Origin: Nanobdellota archaeon
Lineage (GTDB): Archaea; Nanobdellota; Nanobdellia; CSSed11-243R1
Assembly: GCA_021162365.1 (NCBI GenBank)
Contig: JAGGYW010000020.1
Coordinates: forward strand, 9,154-73,153
DNA: 64,000 bases
Direction of reading: 5' to 3'
Positions 38,640-48,580 of the stretch are shown in pieces. A model generated the notes under the pieces. The model made no database searches. It was not told the DNA's origin and saw only the letters and a program-made list of their open reading frames with translations. A program made the translations under genes and the position numbers. Every line of letters starts with the position of its first letter. Positions within the stretch are counted from its first letter, which is position 1.

Positions 38640-39609
38640 CAGGCTTAAAGATCTTTCTGGAAAAAAAATTGGAATAGATGCGTATAACTGGACCTATCAA
38701 TTCCTTTCCACCATACGACTAAGGACAGGTGAGCTTTTAACGGATAGTAAGGGAAGGGTGACCTCCCACCTAATTGGGATATTCAACAGGACAATTAACT
38801 TGTTAAGAGAGGGAATAAAACCTGTCTATGTTTGGGATGGAGCGCCCCCTCCATTTAAACACAAAACTTTGGAGGAGAGAGAAAGGATTAAACAAAGAGC
38901 TGAGGAGGCGTTTAAAAAGGCTGAAACCGAAGAAGAGAGAAGGAAGTATGCACAGCAAATCTCACGCCTGACAGAGGATATGATTTCTGACGCAAACAAA
39001 CTTCTTGAATTGATGGGTGTTCCGTACTTAAATGCCCCAAGTGAAGGTGAAGCACAGATTTCACACATGGTTTCCAGGGGAGATTTATGGGCTTGTGCAT
39101 CTCAGGACTGGGATTCCCTGCTTTTTGGCAGTAAAATACTTGTTAGGAATCTTTCTATCTCAGGGAAAAAGAAATTACCACGTACCAGAATTTTTAGGAC
39201 TATCAATCCTCAGATAATTTTGTTGGATGAAAATTTGAGGAGACTTGGTATAAGTAGGGAGCAGTTAATTATAATTGGCATGTTGATAGGCACTGACTAC
39301 TGCAGCGGTGTTAGAGGATTCGGTCCGAAGAAGTCTTTAGAGCTTGTTAAAAAGGAGAGAACATTAGATAATGTGTTGAAGGTTGTTAAATGGGAGTGCG
39401 AAGCAGACCCACACAAAATTTTTGATTGGTTTTTGCATCCAAAGGTGACAGATAACTATTCTTTAGAATGGGAAGAAATAGATAAGGAGAAGTTGACTAA
39501 ATTCTTAGTTGATGAGCATGATTTTAGCTTGGAGAGGGTTGAAAGTCAATTGAAGCAAATCTCGGAAGAAAACACTAAGCAAACAGGTTTAGGTAAATTT
39601 TTAAAGTAG
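38599..39609 (+). CDS. fen: Flap endonuclease 1
   Basis: N-terminal MGVNLKDLI...KKIGIDAYNWTYQFL (XPG-N), XPG-I acidic residues and helix-hairpin-helix region; 336 aa. Confidence 0.9.
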   Translation: MGVNLKDLILAKDIRLKDLSGKKIGIDAYNWTYQFLSTIRLRTGELLTDSKGRVTSHLIGIFNRTINLLREGIKPVYVWDGAPPPFKHKTLEERERIKQRAEEAFKKAETEEERRKYAQQISRLTEDMISDANKLLELMGVPYLNAPSEGEAQISHMVSRGDLWACASQDWDSLLFGSKILVRNLSISGKKKLPRTRIFRTINPQIILLDENLRRLGISREQLIIIGMLIGTDYCSGVRGFGPKKSLELVKKERTLDNVLKVVKWECEADPHKIFDWFLHPKVTDNYSLEWEEIDKEKLTKFLVDEHDFSLERVESQLKQISEENTKQTGLGKFLK

Positions 39610-39628
39610 CAATTAACTCTTTCTTTTC

Positions 39629-40444
39629 ATGGTTAATAACACATTTGTAGAGGTAATATTGTCAGCTCTTCCTGGTGAGGGAATCTTGCCATATATTGCA
39701 ACTTTTTTAATTATACTTTTCTTCGGATGGATAACAGGCAAAATCATAAGATGGGTTGTACATAAGATTTTACACATTGTTGGTGTTGATAAATTCACAA
39801 AATCAACAAATAGAGTAGTTAGTAAGTTAGGATATCGGGGAACAACAGTTGACTTTGTTTCCGACTTATGTAAATGGGTGGTTTATTTAATTTTTATTAG
39901 CATTGCAGCCCAGCTAATATTTGGTGAGCAGCTTTTAAGTAATATGCTCCTATCCACCATGACATACCTACCAAAAGTAGTTGTTGCAATTATTTTCATA
40001 ATTGGTGGTTTAATAATTGGGGACCTTCTTGGAGCAATTGTTTCAAACCTAGTTAGCAGATTCCCATTAAAACTGGAAGAAAAGAGTCTAATTGTTTCAT
40101 TATCTTCAGCGGTCACTAAAGTTTTGGTTGTACTTGTCGCCATAGTAATTGCGCTTAATGTTATTGGAGTGTATGTAGAGATACTAACAGTTGGATTTGG
40201 TATAATTGCACTGACAATATCTTTGTTTATTCTAATTGGCACAAAGGATTTGGCAATTAATATTTTTGCAGGGATGTACCTCCATTCTTTTAAAAATTTC
40301 AGAAAGGGAATAAACGTGGAAGTTGATGGAATAAGGGGAACAATTAAAGAGATAGGTTTAGTTTTTACAACAATAACAAACGGAAAGAGTGAGTTTCATA
40401 TCCCCAATTACATTTTTATGAGGAAGAGCTTTGTGATTAAGTGA
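39629..40444 (+). CDS. Small-conductance mechanosensitive channel (MscS family)
   Basis: Three N-terminal TM helices plus C-terminal MscS beta-domain (GINVEVDGIRGTIKEIGLVFTTITNGKSEFHIPN). Confidence 0.75.
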   Translation: MVNNTFVEVILSALPGEGILPYIATFLIILFFGWITGKIIRWVVHKILHIVGVDKFTKSTNRVVSKLGYRGTTVDFVSDLCKWVVYLIFISIAAQLIFGEQLLSNMLLSTMTYLPKVVVAIIFIIGGLIIGDLLGAIVSNLVSRFPLKLEEKSLIVSLSSAVTKVLVVLVAIVIALNVIGVYVEILTVGFGIIALTISLFILIGTKDLAINIFAGMYLHSFKNFRKGINVEVDGIRGTIKEIGLVFTTITNGKSEFHIPNYIFMRKSFVIK

Positions 40445-40448
40445 TATT

Positions 40449-40814
40449 ATGAAAAAGGTAGTAATTGGATTAGTTGAGCCTGTAAAGGTTATTGGTAAGA
40501 AAAGGGCAGTTAAACTTTTAGCAAAAATTGATACTGGCGCAGCAAGGAGTAGCTTAGATGAGGGAGTTGCAGAGCAACTTGATTTGGGACCCGTTGTTAA
40601 GTTTGTAAGGGTAAAATCTGCTGTTGCGGATAAGATGTACGATAGGCGCCCGGTTTACAGAGCAAGAATTGAAATTGGTGGTAAAAAAATTCCAGTCGAA
40701 ATAAGTACTGCAGATAGAAGAAGGTTGAAGTATAAGATGATTATTGGTAGAGACATTCTTCGTTCTAATTTCATAGTTGATGTAGAACACACATATAAGA
40801 CTGTTAAGAGGTGA
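40449..40814 (+). CDS. RimK-associated retropepsin-like putative protease (Pfam Zn_protease/DUF785)
   Basis: 121 aa with a DTGAARSS motif in the position of the DUF785 aspartyl-protease-like fold. Immediately upstream of two ATP-grasp genes. Confidence 0.6.
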   Translation: MKKVVIGLVEPVKVIGKKRAVKLLAKIDTGAARSSLDEGVAEQLDLGPVVKFVRVKSAVADKMYDRRPVYRARIEIGGKKIPVEISTADRRRLKYKMIIGRDILRSNFIVDVEHTYKTVKR

Positions 40815-41692
40815 CTATGGTAAACTTACTTGTTTTAGCGCCAAGGAAGAAGTCTATTTCCACAGATATGTTGATTTCGGCAGCTAAAAGAATGTTTAAG
40901 AGAGTAGATTTTGTGCCGTTGAGAGAAGTTTCACTTGAAGTGTCAGATAAATTTGGTGTGTTACATGATGAAATTTCTCTTTTAGATTATGATTATGTTC
41001 TCCCACGAATCGATTCAAAGCACGCAAGTTTTGGATACCACATAATTAAGATGCTTGATTTCTTTGATGTGAAAAAACCTTATCCAGCAGAGAGCATATT
41101 AATTGCTCACAATAAATTTGCCACAATATTTGAAGCAAAAAAGAATGGCGTACCCGTTCCACGCACCATTTATACTTTCTCACAAAAGTCTGCAAATGAA
41201 ACAATACACCGTATGAGTTTTCCTGTAGTAGTTAAATTGGTAAGCTCTTTCGGTGGGAAGGGTGTTCTTTTTGTTGAAGGGGAAACTGCCGCAAGGAGTG
41301 TTTTCAAGACGATGGATGTTTTAAAACAAGATTTACTGATAGAGGATTATATAGAAAACCCTGGAGAAGACATACGTGGAATTGTTGCAGGGGACGAGAT
41401 TGTAGGTAGTTTCAAGAGGGTCGCAAGAAAAGGAGAGAAACGTTCTAATTTTTTCCTTGGTGGGAAGCCAAAGGAGTATACCTTAACCGAGGAAGAGAAG
41501 GAGATTTGTTTCAAGGCAGCAGAGGCAGTTAAGTCAAAAATAGTAGCGGTGGATATGATACAAAGTAAAGAAGGACCAAAGGTTATTGAGGTTAATTTAA
41601 ATCCAGGGATAAAGGCAATGGCGCAGACAGAAACAGGTAAGGATGTGGCTAAAAAAATAGTTCGTTTTTGCCATAATGAAACAAAGAGGTAA
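40811..41692 (+). CDS. RimK-family ATP-grasp ligase (alpha-L-glutamate ligase-like)
   Basis: ATP-grasp motifs: glycine-rich loop SSFGGKGVLFV, catalytic region ...DMIQSKEGPKVIEVNLNPG. Confidence 0.75.
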   Translation: MTMVNLLVLAPRKKSISTDMLISAAKRMFKRVDFVPLREVSLEVSDKFGVLHDEISLLDYDYVLPRIDSKHASFGYHIIKMLDFFDVKKPYPAESILIAHNKFATIFEAKKNGVPVPRTIYTFSQKSANETIHRMSFPVVVKLVSSFGGKGVLFVEGETAARSVFKTMDVLKQDLLIEDYIENPGEDIRGIVAGDEIVGSFKRVARKGEKRSNFFLGGKPKEYTLTEEEKEICFKAAEAVKSKIVAVDMIQSKEGPKVIEVNLNPGIKAMAQTETGKDVAKKIVRFCHNETKR

Positions 41693-41695
41693 GTT

Positions 41696-42583
41696 ATGAG
41701 AATTTGTTATGTTGGCCAAAATAGTAAGAAAGAAACTGACGAGCTCCTTATTAGTAACTTTAAGGAGCTGGGTGAAGTTAAGTATGTCAAAATATCTAAT
41801 ATCTCCCTTCTTATAGATGGTGGGATCAACTTTGTATATGAGTATGAAGATTTGTCTAAATTCAATATCATCTTTTTTAGGGTCCCCCGCTCTAAGTATA
41901 CATTGGCGGCTTCAATTCTTGAGGCGCTCCCAGAGAGTGTGATTCACTTAAATTCGCCGAGGTCGTTTTACAACGCATCTTCTCGCTTGTCTTTATATCG
42001 GAATTTATCCCATGCAGGAATTAATGTCCCCAAAGTAATCTTTGCGGACAACCCTCAAACATCCATTTTTGATTTGAAACTTTTGAGATTCCCAATTTTG
42101 ATAAAGGTCCCGACAGATAAAAACAAAGTTATGCTTGCAAATTCCCAGCAAGAAGCAAAGTCTATGGTAGATGCACTTCAGGTGTTGGAGCAACCGATAC
42201 TTTTTGAAGAGTATTATCCAGAGGCGAGAGTTATTCAAGCGTATGTTTTGGGGGATGAGGTGATTGCAACGCTAGTTAAAGACCCCGAAGATATAAATTA
42301 TGCTGGTGGGGAAGTTAAGAAGCACACACCTTCTAAAAAGATAATACGGACGGCATTAGATGTTGCAAATGCTCTAAATGCAGAATACATGCGTGTAGAT
42401 ATATTAGATACAGCCAGACCAATTGTAATTGATGTTAATTTGTGTCCTTTTTTAAGTGAGGCAATTAAAGCTAGTGGTGTTGATATTGCAAAAAAAGTTG
42501 CGTCTTATCTAAAGTCAAAGTATGAATCTATAGAGAATGCATCAAAACTTTTTGATGAGGTAAAATCAATGTTTACTCCTTGA
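41696..42583 (+). CDS. Divergent RimK-like ATP-grasp paralog with degenerate glycine-rich loop
   Basis: Same overall ATP-grasp layout (…RVDILDTARPIVIDVNLCP) but the glycine-rich phosphate-binding loop is replaced by KVPTDKNKVMLA. Confidence 0.55.
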   Translation: MRICYVGQNSKKETDELLISNFKELGEVKYVKISNISLLIDGGINFVYEYEDLSKFNIIFFRVPRSKYTLAASILEALPESVIHLNSPRSFYNASSRLSLYRNLSHAGINVPKVIFADNPQTSIFDLKLLRFPILIKVPTDKNKVMLANSQQEAKSMVDALQVLEQPILFEEYYPEARVIQAYVLGDEVIATLVKDPEDINYAGGEVKKHTPSKKIIRTALDVANALNAEYMRVDILDTARPIVIDVNLCPFLSEAIKASGVDIAKKVASYLKSKYESIENASKLFDEVKSMFTP

Positions 42584-43205
42584 AACCATATTTGCCAATT
42601 AACGGCACGAACACAAACGGACCCAAATCAATCTTTTCTATATTTTTCTTTTTAATGATGAGCATCAACCTTTGTAAGTGTTCTTTTTCTCCAACTGGGA
42701 TGACCATCCTCCCCCCAAATGAGAGTTGGTCTACTAAAACTTCTGGGATTTTTGGTGCACATGCGGTAACAATAATACAATCAAACGGTGCTTTTTCTTT
42801 TAGTCCTTCACTACCATCGCCGTGTATAACTTCCACATTTTTGTAATTCCTTAAATTCTTCTTTGCAAATTCAACAAGCTCCTTTATTCGCTCAATAGTG
42901 TATACTTTGCCCGGCTTTACTATCTCTGCTAATATTGCAGCTTGATAACCGCTACCTGTTCCTATCTCTAAAACTTTATCTCCTTTATGTGGCTGTAGTG
43001 CTTCAGTCATGATTGCTACGGTTGTTGGTTGTGAAATTGTTTGTCCTGCAAGAATTGGAAGCGGCTGGTCAACATACGCTAACTTTTTGTATTCATTGAC
43101 ACAAAAATCCTTCCTATCTACTTTTAAGAATGCTGAGATTATTTCTTTTGTCTTCAAACTACCATTGCTTACCAAATGATTTACAAGCTCTTCGTTTGAA
43201 TTCAT
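42573..43205 (-). CDS. pcm: Protein-L-isoaspartate O-methyltransferase
   Basis: SAM motif LEIGTGSGYQAAILAEIV and the PIMT-typical N-terminal QTISQP and C-terminal regions. Confidence 0.85.
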   Translation of the reverse strand: MNSNEELVNHLVSNGSLKTKEIISAFLKVDRKDFCVNEYKKLAYVDQPLPILAGQTISQPTTVAIMTEALQPHKGDKVLEIGTGSGYQAAILAEIVKPGKVYTIERIKELVEFAKKNLRNYKNVEVIHGDGSEGLKEKAPFDCIIVTACAPKIPEVLVDQLSFGGRMVIPVGEKEHLQRLMLIIKKKNIEKIDLGPFVFVPLIGKYGFKE

Positions 43206-44137
43206 CTTAACATACCTCTTATAATTACATCCGTGGCTTCTCCTTCAGTAAGTCCTTTTGACATAAGTGATTCAAGCTGTTTCCTATTTACCTTACCTAA
43301 AGAAGCTTCATGGGTTACTCTAGCGTTCTTGTTATATACCTCAACGATAGGGATTGCTGAGATTTTCCCGTTTCCTTCAATTATTTCAGTGCAATCAACA
43401 TGCCCAACACTTCCATCCCCTATACCTTTCATCACGCTCTTAACAATACATGAGGAATTTTCTGCTGTAGCAACTCTGCTCTTAAGAAGCCCGTGGGAAT
43501 TCCTCCCAGCTAGCTCCATATACTCTATGATAGAAATTATATCTTTCTTCTTGCCAAAAGCTTTTGTGCACACATCCCCACGTGCATTGTCCAACAATAT
43601 AATTTTATAATTCAACTCTAGCCTGCCCAACACCCCTTCCTTTGAAGCAAAAATAGATTTATATGACGCCCTATCTCCTGCCTCAATTTCAACATCTGCT
43701 TTTACGTGTGCACCGTGTTTTCCATGAAAATGCTCTTCTTCATAAATTAACTTTGAGTTTTTACCAATTTCGAACTTGCCTTTCATGAAGTGCTTAACAT
43801 CTTTTGAGTTTGGGAAGAAACAATGCGACAAAATTTTCATTTCCGAATTGGACTCCATTTTCAAATTAACAATTATCCTTTGCGCCCATTCTTTTTTTAT
43901 CACACCCATACACATATGAACAGGAATTTTTAATTTTACATTTCTCTTTAGAATTAAATCAATATAAATTGAACTTCCCCTTTTTCTCGTGTTTATAATT
44001 AATCCTTCTATATCTTTTTTATCCAAAACTTTGCTCTCATTAATTATCACTCTCGGACTAGATAGCAAATCTTCTGAAACAAAACCACTTTTCTCATACT
44101 CTTCTATAAACTTTTTGAATTCTTCTTCGAAATTCAT
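43202..44137 (-). CDS. SufB/SufD-family Fe-S cluster assembly protein (short archaeal SufBD)
   Basis: Beta-helix core and conserved C-terminal segment (KGLTEGEATDVIIRGML). Operon with sufC (4-nt overlap). Confidence 0.7.
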   Translation of the reverse strand: MNFEEEFKKFIEEYEKSGFVSEDLLSSPRVIINESKVLDKKDIEGLIINTRKRGSSIYIDLILKRNVKLKIPVHMCMGVIKKEWAQRIIVNLKMESNSEMKILSHCFFPNSKDVKHFMKGKFEIGKNSKLIYEEEHFHGKHGAHVKADVEIEAGDRASYKSIFASKEGVLGRLELNYKIILLDNARGDVCTKAFGKKKDIISIIEYMELAGRNSHGLLKSRVATAENSSCIVKSVMKGIGDGSVGHVDCTEIIEGNGKISAIPIVEVYNKNARVTHEASLGKVNRKQLESLMSKGLTEGEATDVIIRGMLR

Positions 44138-44808
44138 TTTAATCCCTTAAAGAGTTTGTTAATTTCCTTAGGTGCCCCACTTGCTACAATTTTACCATTA
44201 ACCATTAAGTGAGCTTTATCTGCAATTGAAGTCATACTTTCTTTATGGGTGATTAATAAAATAGTGCTCCCATTCTTATTCATCTCAAGAATAATTTTTT
44301 TTATTCTATTTATAGAAACCATGTCAATTCCAGAATCAGGCTCATCTAAGATAATTAACTCTGGATTCGCTGCAAGAAGAGATGCTAATTCCACCCTTTT
44401 CCTTTCTCCACCACTTAAACTATCATCTAAAAACCTCTCCGAATATTTAGCAGGAAGCCCAACTTTTTCCAGTATTTTTCTAATTTCTTCAATTGATTTT
44501 GCGCTATCTATTTTAATATATTCTCTAATTTTTATACCCTCAAAAGATGGGGGGCTTTGTTGCATAAATCGTATACCTTGCTTAGCTCTTTTAGTTATAG
44601 AAAGGTTAGATATTTCCCTCTCTTTAAATAAAATTTTTCCATTTGCTTTTTCTATACCCATAATTGCTCTTGCAAGGGTTGATTTGCCTGCCCCATTTGC
44701 ACCAAGAACAGCATGTATTTCTCCTTTATTTATCGAAAAAGAAATGTTTCTAAGGATGCTTCTTCCTTCCTTTTCCAAAGAGACATCTACTAACCTTAGG
44801 ATGTGCAT
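44134..44808 (-). CDS. sufC: SufC Fe-S cluster assembly ABC ATPase
   Basis: Walker A GANGAGKSTL, ABC signature LSGGE, Walker B ILDEPDSGID, and H-loop. Confidence 0.85.
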   Translation of the reverse strand: MHILRLVDVSLEKEGRSILRNISFSINKGEIHAVLGANGAGKSTLARAIMGIEKANGKILFKEREISNLSITKRAKQGIRFMQQSPPSFEGIKIREYIKIDSAKSIEEIRKILEKVGLPAKYSERFLDDSLSGGERKRVELASLLAANPELIILDEPDSGIDMVSINRIKKIILEMNKNGSTILLITHKESMTSIADKAHLMVNGKIVASGAPKEINKLFKGLK

Positions 44809-44881
44809 ATGTCAGGATAGATATTATCTGCTTAAAAGTTTAATGATTAGTTTTAAAAAGAGAGGAATTTTGTTCCAAATC

Positions 44882-45934
44882 ATGTGTCTACCAAAAATTA
44901 GGGGTGTTAAGGGTAGGAAGATTGCAGTAGCCATGAGTGGGGGGGTTGATAGTTCTGTTACTGCCTTTTTACTTAAAGAATCTGGAGCAGAAGTTTTTGG
45001 TATAACTATGAAAACAATTCCAGCTACATTTGAAGATGTGAAGCAAGCGAAAATTGTAGCGAAACAACTTGAAATACCTCACTATGTAATTGATTTAAAG
45101 AAAATTTTTGAAAAGGAAGTAATTGATTATTTTGTGAAGGAAAGTTTGAAGGGGAAGAATCCAAACCCATGTGTGCCCTGTAATCAAAAGGTTAAGTTCG
45201 GGGCTCTAGTTAGAGAAGCAAAGAAACTTGGCGCTGAGTTAGTTGCCACAGGACATTATGCACGACTAACAAAAAGAGGAAACAAAGTTACCTTAAGGCG
45301 GCCGGTTGACATTAGAAAGGATCAGTCATATGTTCTTTCTATGCTTCCAAAGAAGGTTTTCTTTGATCTTTTGTTTCCCATAGGAAACTTTACAAAAGAA
45401 GAAGTGAGGAAAATTGCAAAAGAGGATGATATTCATGTTTTTAACAAGCCAGAAAATCAGGATCTCTGTTTTCTTGATAAAGAAAAAGGTGATTTTATTG
45501 AAGAAAGAATTCACAAAAAAGTAGGTGAGGGATATATTGTTGATAAGCGTGGGAATATCTTAGGAAAGCATAAAGGATACATCCACTACACTGTCGGGCA
45601 ACGAAAAGGTTTGGGATTAAATACTCATAAAAAATTATATGTTATAGATATACATCCAAGAAAAAATGAAGTTGTTGTTGGTGAGAGAAAAGATTTATTT
45701 TATGATCACTTTTATGTTAATAGATTAAATTGGGTTTCAATAGAACCTCCAGAGAAACCAATCTTAGCACAAGTGTTGGTAAGAAATAAAACACAGCCAA
45801 AAAGAGTAAGAATAATTCCTGAAGGAAAAAAAGCAAAAGTTGTTCCATTAGAACCGATATGGGCTGTCTCGCCGGGGCAGATAGCTGTTTTTATTAAGAA
45901 AGATGTTGTACTTGGAGGGGGTTGGATAATTTGA
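44882..45934 (+). CDS. mnmA: tRNA-specific 2-thiouridylase MnmA
   Basis: PP-loop AVAMSGGVDSSV, catalytic Cys region CNQKVKFG, C-terminal beta-barrel. The ORF-track N-terminal 211 aa (44249-44881) is antisense to sufC and rejected. An alternative start at ATG 44843 is possible. Confidence 0.85.
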   Translation: MCLPKIRGVKGRKIAVAMSGGVDSSVTAFLLKESGAEVFGITMKTIPATFEDVKQAKIVAKQLEIPHYVIDLKKIFEKEVIDYFVKESLKGKNPNPCVPCNQKVKFGALVREAKKLGAELVATGHYARLTKRGNKVTLRRPVDIRKDQSYVLSMLPKKVFFDLLFPIGNFTKEEVRKIAKEDDIHVFNKPENQDLCFLDKEKGDFIEERIHKKVGEGYIVDKRGNILGKHKGYIHYTVGQRKGLGLNTHKKLYVIDIHPRKNEVVVGERKDLFYDHFYVNRLNWVSIEPPEKPILAQVLVRNKTQPKRVRIIPEGKKAKVVPLEPIWAVSPGQIAVFIKKDVVLGGGWII

Positions 45935-46488
45935 AGTTACCTTCGAGAGAAGAGTGTTTCAAGCTTTTGGAGAAGTATGAATCTTTTCCCCATATTGTTG
46001 AACACAGTAAATTAGTAAATAAAATTGCAGTATATCTGGCTAAAAAACTTAAGGAAAAAGGAGTTAACATAAATGTTGAGTTAGTTGATAGGGCTTCTCT
46101 TCTTCATGACATTGGCAAATCTATTGTTATAAGGATGGACGCTCAAAGGGCAAATACAATTGAGGACAATCACCATATTGTCGGTGAGGAAATTTTAACA
46201 AAGGAAGGCTATCCTGAGCTGGCAAAGATCGTTAGGAAGCACTCCCTTAAAGAAATCCAAAATTTAGAAACGTGGGAAGAAAAGGTTGTTCATTACGCCG
46301 ACTTGAGAGTTAGGCATTCTTCGATTGTAGGTGTGAAAGAAAGGGTTGAAGATATTGTGAGAAGATATAAAGTCCCTCCAGAGAAAAGAATTGATAAAAA
46401 AGTAATTTTTGCTCTTGAAAAAGAGATTTATGGTATAATTGGGGGCTCGCCAGATAAGCTAAAAGAGGAGATTAAAAGTGAACATTAA
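45922..46488 (+). CDS. HD-domain phosphohydrolase
   Basis: H...HD...H...D metal-binding pattern (LLHDIGK, HH, HYAD). Confidence 0.6.
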   Translation: MDNLKLPSREECFKLLEKYESFPHIVEHSKLVNKIAVYLAKKLKEKGVNINVELVDRASLLHDIGKSIVIRMDAQRANTIEDNHHIVGEEILTKEGYPELAKIVRKHSLKEIQNLETWEEKVVHYADLRVRHSSIVGVKERVEDIVRRYKVPPEKRIDKKVIFALEKEIYGIIGGSPDKLKEEIKSEH

Positions 46489-46741
46489 GGTAGCTGCTGA
46501 GCGCGAGATGAAGAGGATGGAAGAAATTTTTAATAACATCAAAATTTCGAATAACAAAAAAGCTGACGAGTTTTATTCCTTTGCTGAGAATTATTTCATG
46601 GATGGAAAATATTTTTTTGGGAAGAAGAAATACATAGAATCATTTGAAGCGTTTATAATTTCATGGGCATACTTGGATATTGGACTAAAACTAAAGTTAT
46701 TTAAAGTTGATAAATCTGTTAAGAAATATTTTACTTCTTAA
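46478..46741 (+). CDS. Hypothetical small protein
   Basis: 87-aa ORF overlapping the HD gene stop (likely co-transcribed); no family recognised. Confidence 0.3.
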   Translation: MNIKVAAEREMKRMEEIFNNIKISNNKKADEFYSFAENYFMDGKYFFGKKKYIESFEAFIISWAYLDIGLKLKLFKVDKSVKKYFTS

Positions 46742-46792
46742 CTTTGTTTTTATAATTTTCAATTGCCTTTTTGAGGTTTTTTATGTGTTGAT

Positions 46793-46987
46793 TCATATGC
46801 TTTTTATACACTTTACATATGGTGATTCGGTGGAGGCATTTGCTTCCTTTTCTTTTAATAGCAAAGATAGCGCCTCTCCTTCAACTCCTTCGAACCAAAA
46901 TCCAACTAAGTTCTCTTTTGAAGTTTCGAATTTATGACTCCCTTTATTTTCTAAATTTCTTCCATTAGCTTGTTTTTTTAGGCCCAT
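46793..46987 (-). CDS. Hypothetical small basic protein
   Basis: 64-aa ORF whose start abuts the cysteine desulfurase stop (possible operon partner). The overlapping plus-strand ORF 46707-46937 looks spurious (low complexity). Confidence 0.25.
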   Translation of the reverse strand: MGLKKQANGRNLENKGSHKFETSKENLVGFWFEGVEGEALSLLLKEKEANASTESPYVKCIKSI

Positions 46988-48205
46988 TTAATTCACCATC
47001 TCAGCGATTTCCTTCACAGCATTTACGAATTTTTCTACTTCATTTAAATTATTATACAGATATAAGGATGCTCTTACAGAACCGTTTATTCCGATTTTTT
47101 TGTGCATAGGCATTGTACAATGATGTCCACTTCTCACACAAATGTTATATTTTGAATCAAGAATTGCAGCAACATCATGGCAATCCAGTCCGGAAATGTT
47201 AAAAGAAACGAGACCGCCACGCTTGCTCCACTCTTTTGGACCATAAATTACTACCTCTTCTATTTTTTGTAGCTCCTCAAGGGCATATTTAATCAACTTT
47301 TGTTCATGTGCCCATATCTTTTCCATTCCAATTTTTGATAGAAAGTCAATTGCAACCCCAAACGCATATCCATCTGCAATGTTTGCAGTCCCAGCCTCGA
47401 ATTTCCATGGAAGTTTGTTTACTTTGTATTGGTTGTAATCCACTTCAGATATCATGTCTCCTCCTCCGAGGAACGGGCTTAATTCTTCAAGTTTCTCTTT
47501 TTTACCATATAAAACACCAATCCCGGTTGGACCACACATTTTGTGGGATGAAAAAGCTAAGAAGTCGCAGCCAATTTTCTTTACATCAATTGGCATGTGG
47601 GGTACTGACTGCGCGCCATCCACAATAAATGTTATACCCTTTTCTTTTGCTATCCTTCCAATTTCTTTGACTGGATTTATTGTTCCTAAAAAATTGGATA
47701 TGTGTACTGTGCTAATCACTTTCGTCTTTTTAGTAAGCATTTCATTTAAATTATCAATGTTAATCTCTCCATTTTCATTGACTTTTAAGTACTTCAATAT
47801 CACACCCTTGTCTTTCAGCATCATCCATGGAACAAGATTGGAGTGGTGCTCCATTTCTGTTACAATTACTTCATCCCCCTTTGATAAGTTAAGTGATTTT
47901 GCTACTAAGTTAATTGACTCTGTGGTGTTTTTAGTGAACACTATTTCCTCTCTCCCATCTGCATTAATAAATTTGGCAACTTTGTCATGCGCTTCCTCGT
48001 ACATTTCTGATGCTTCTTGCGATAACTTATAAAGCCCTCTGTGGATGTTCGCGTAATGGTTTTCGTAAAAATCTTTAAGTGCATTTATCACAACCCGTGG
48101 TTTTTGCGTAGATGCAGCATTGTCTAAGAAAATTATTGATTTTCCATTTATTTTTCTTTTAAGGAACGGGAAGTTTTCCCTTATCTTCTCATTCAAGCAT
48201 TTCAC
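46988..48205 (-). CDS. sufS: Cysteine desulfurase (class V aminotransferase, SufS/Csd type)
   Basis: PLP-lysine motif SSHKMCGPTGIGVLYG and conserved HHSN, TGxxxD regions. Confidence 0.85.
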   Translation of the reverse strand: MKCLNEKIRENFPFLKRKINGKSIIFLDNAASTQKPRVVINALKDFYENHYANIHRGLYKLSQEASEMYEEAHDKVAKFINADGREEIVFTKNTTESINLVAKSLNLSKGDEVIVTEMEHHSNLVPWMMLKDKGVILKYLKVNENGEINIDNLNEMLTKKTKVISTVHISNFLGTINPVKEIGRIAKEKGITFIVDGAQSVPHMPIDVKKIGCDFLAFSSHKMCGPTGIGVLYGKKEKLEELSPFLGGGDMISEVDYNQYKVNKLPWKFEAGTANIADGYAFGVAIDFLSKIGMEKIWAHEQKLIKYALEELQKIEEVVIYGPKEWSKRGGLVSFNISGLDCHDVAAILDSKYNICVRSGHHCTMPMHKKIGINGSVRASLYLYNNLNEVEKFVNAVKEIAEMVN

Positions 48206-48578
48206 CTTTTGATTTATACTCTCTGTGTAATTTTTCCACTCTTCGTCGAGTTACGTAGTTTTTATGATGTTTAAACCCCCCACCCATACTAAAGGGTACA
48301 TGAAGTAATTCGTGGATTATTACTTTTTCTTTTTCATGAGGTGGTAAGTTGTCAAAATTTTCAGATATAACCTCAATTACATAGTGCCCTTTAATCCCTA
48401 ATGCCTTCTGCCAAATTTTCGAGAGTGCATGGCATCTTGCAATTGTCCTTTTTGCCTTAGAGCCCCTACTTTTTACACAAATTATTCTGTTTAGGTCGAT
48501 GTGATTCATATTTAGTTTTTTGACTATGTCTTTGACTTTTGATTCTATCTCAGGAGAAAGCTCATATTTTATTGCCAT
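48189..48578 (-). CDS. Minimal HExxH zinc metallopeptidase-like protein (SprT/Wss1-like)
   Basis: 129 aa; the single conserved motif is KVIIHELLHV followed by G/H-rich GGGFKHH. Confidence 0.4.
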   Translation of the reverse strand: MAIKYELSPEIESKVKDIVKKLNMNHIDLNRIICVKSRGSKAKRTIARCHALSKIWQKALGIKGHYVIEVISENFDNLPPHEKEKVIIHELLHVPFSMGGGFKHHKNYVTRRRVEKLHREYKSKGEMLE

Positions 48579-48580
48579 TT

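Noticed and set aside
44249-44881. N-terminal 211 aa of the ORF-track protein 44249-45934
   Set aside because: This stretch is entirely antisense to the well-supported sufC gene and is hydrophobic and low-complexity. The real mnmA starts at ATG 44882 (or 44843), just before the AVAMSGGVDSSV PP-loop.
46707-46937. 76-aa plus-strand ORF between the hypothetical 46478 gene and sufS
   Set aside because: Hydrophobic low-complexity translation (ILLLNFVFIIFN...). The overlapping minus-strand 64-aa ORF abutting sufS is the more plausible, though still weak, gene.
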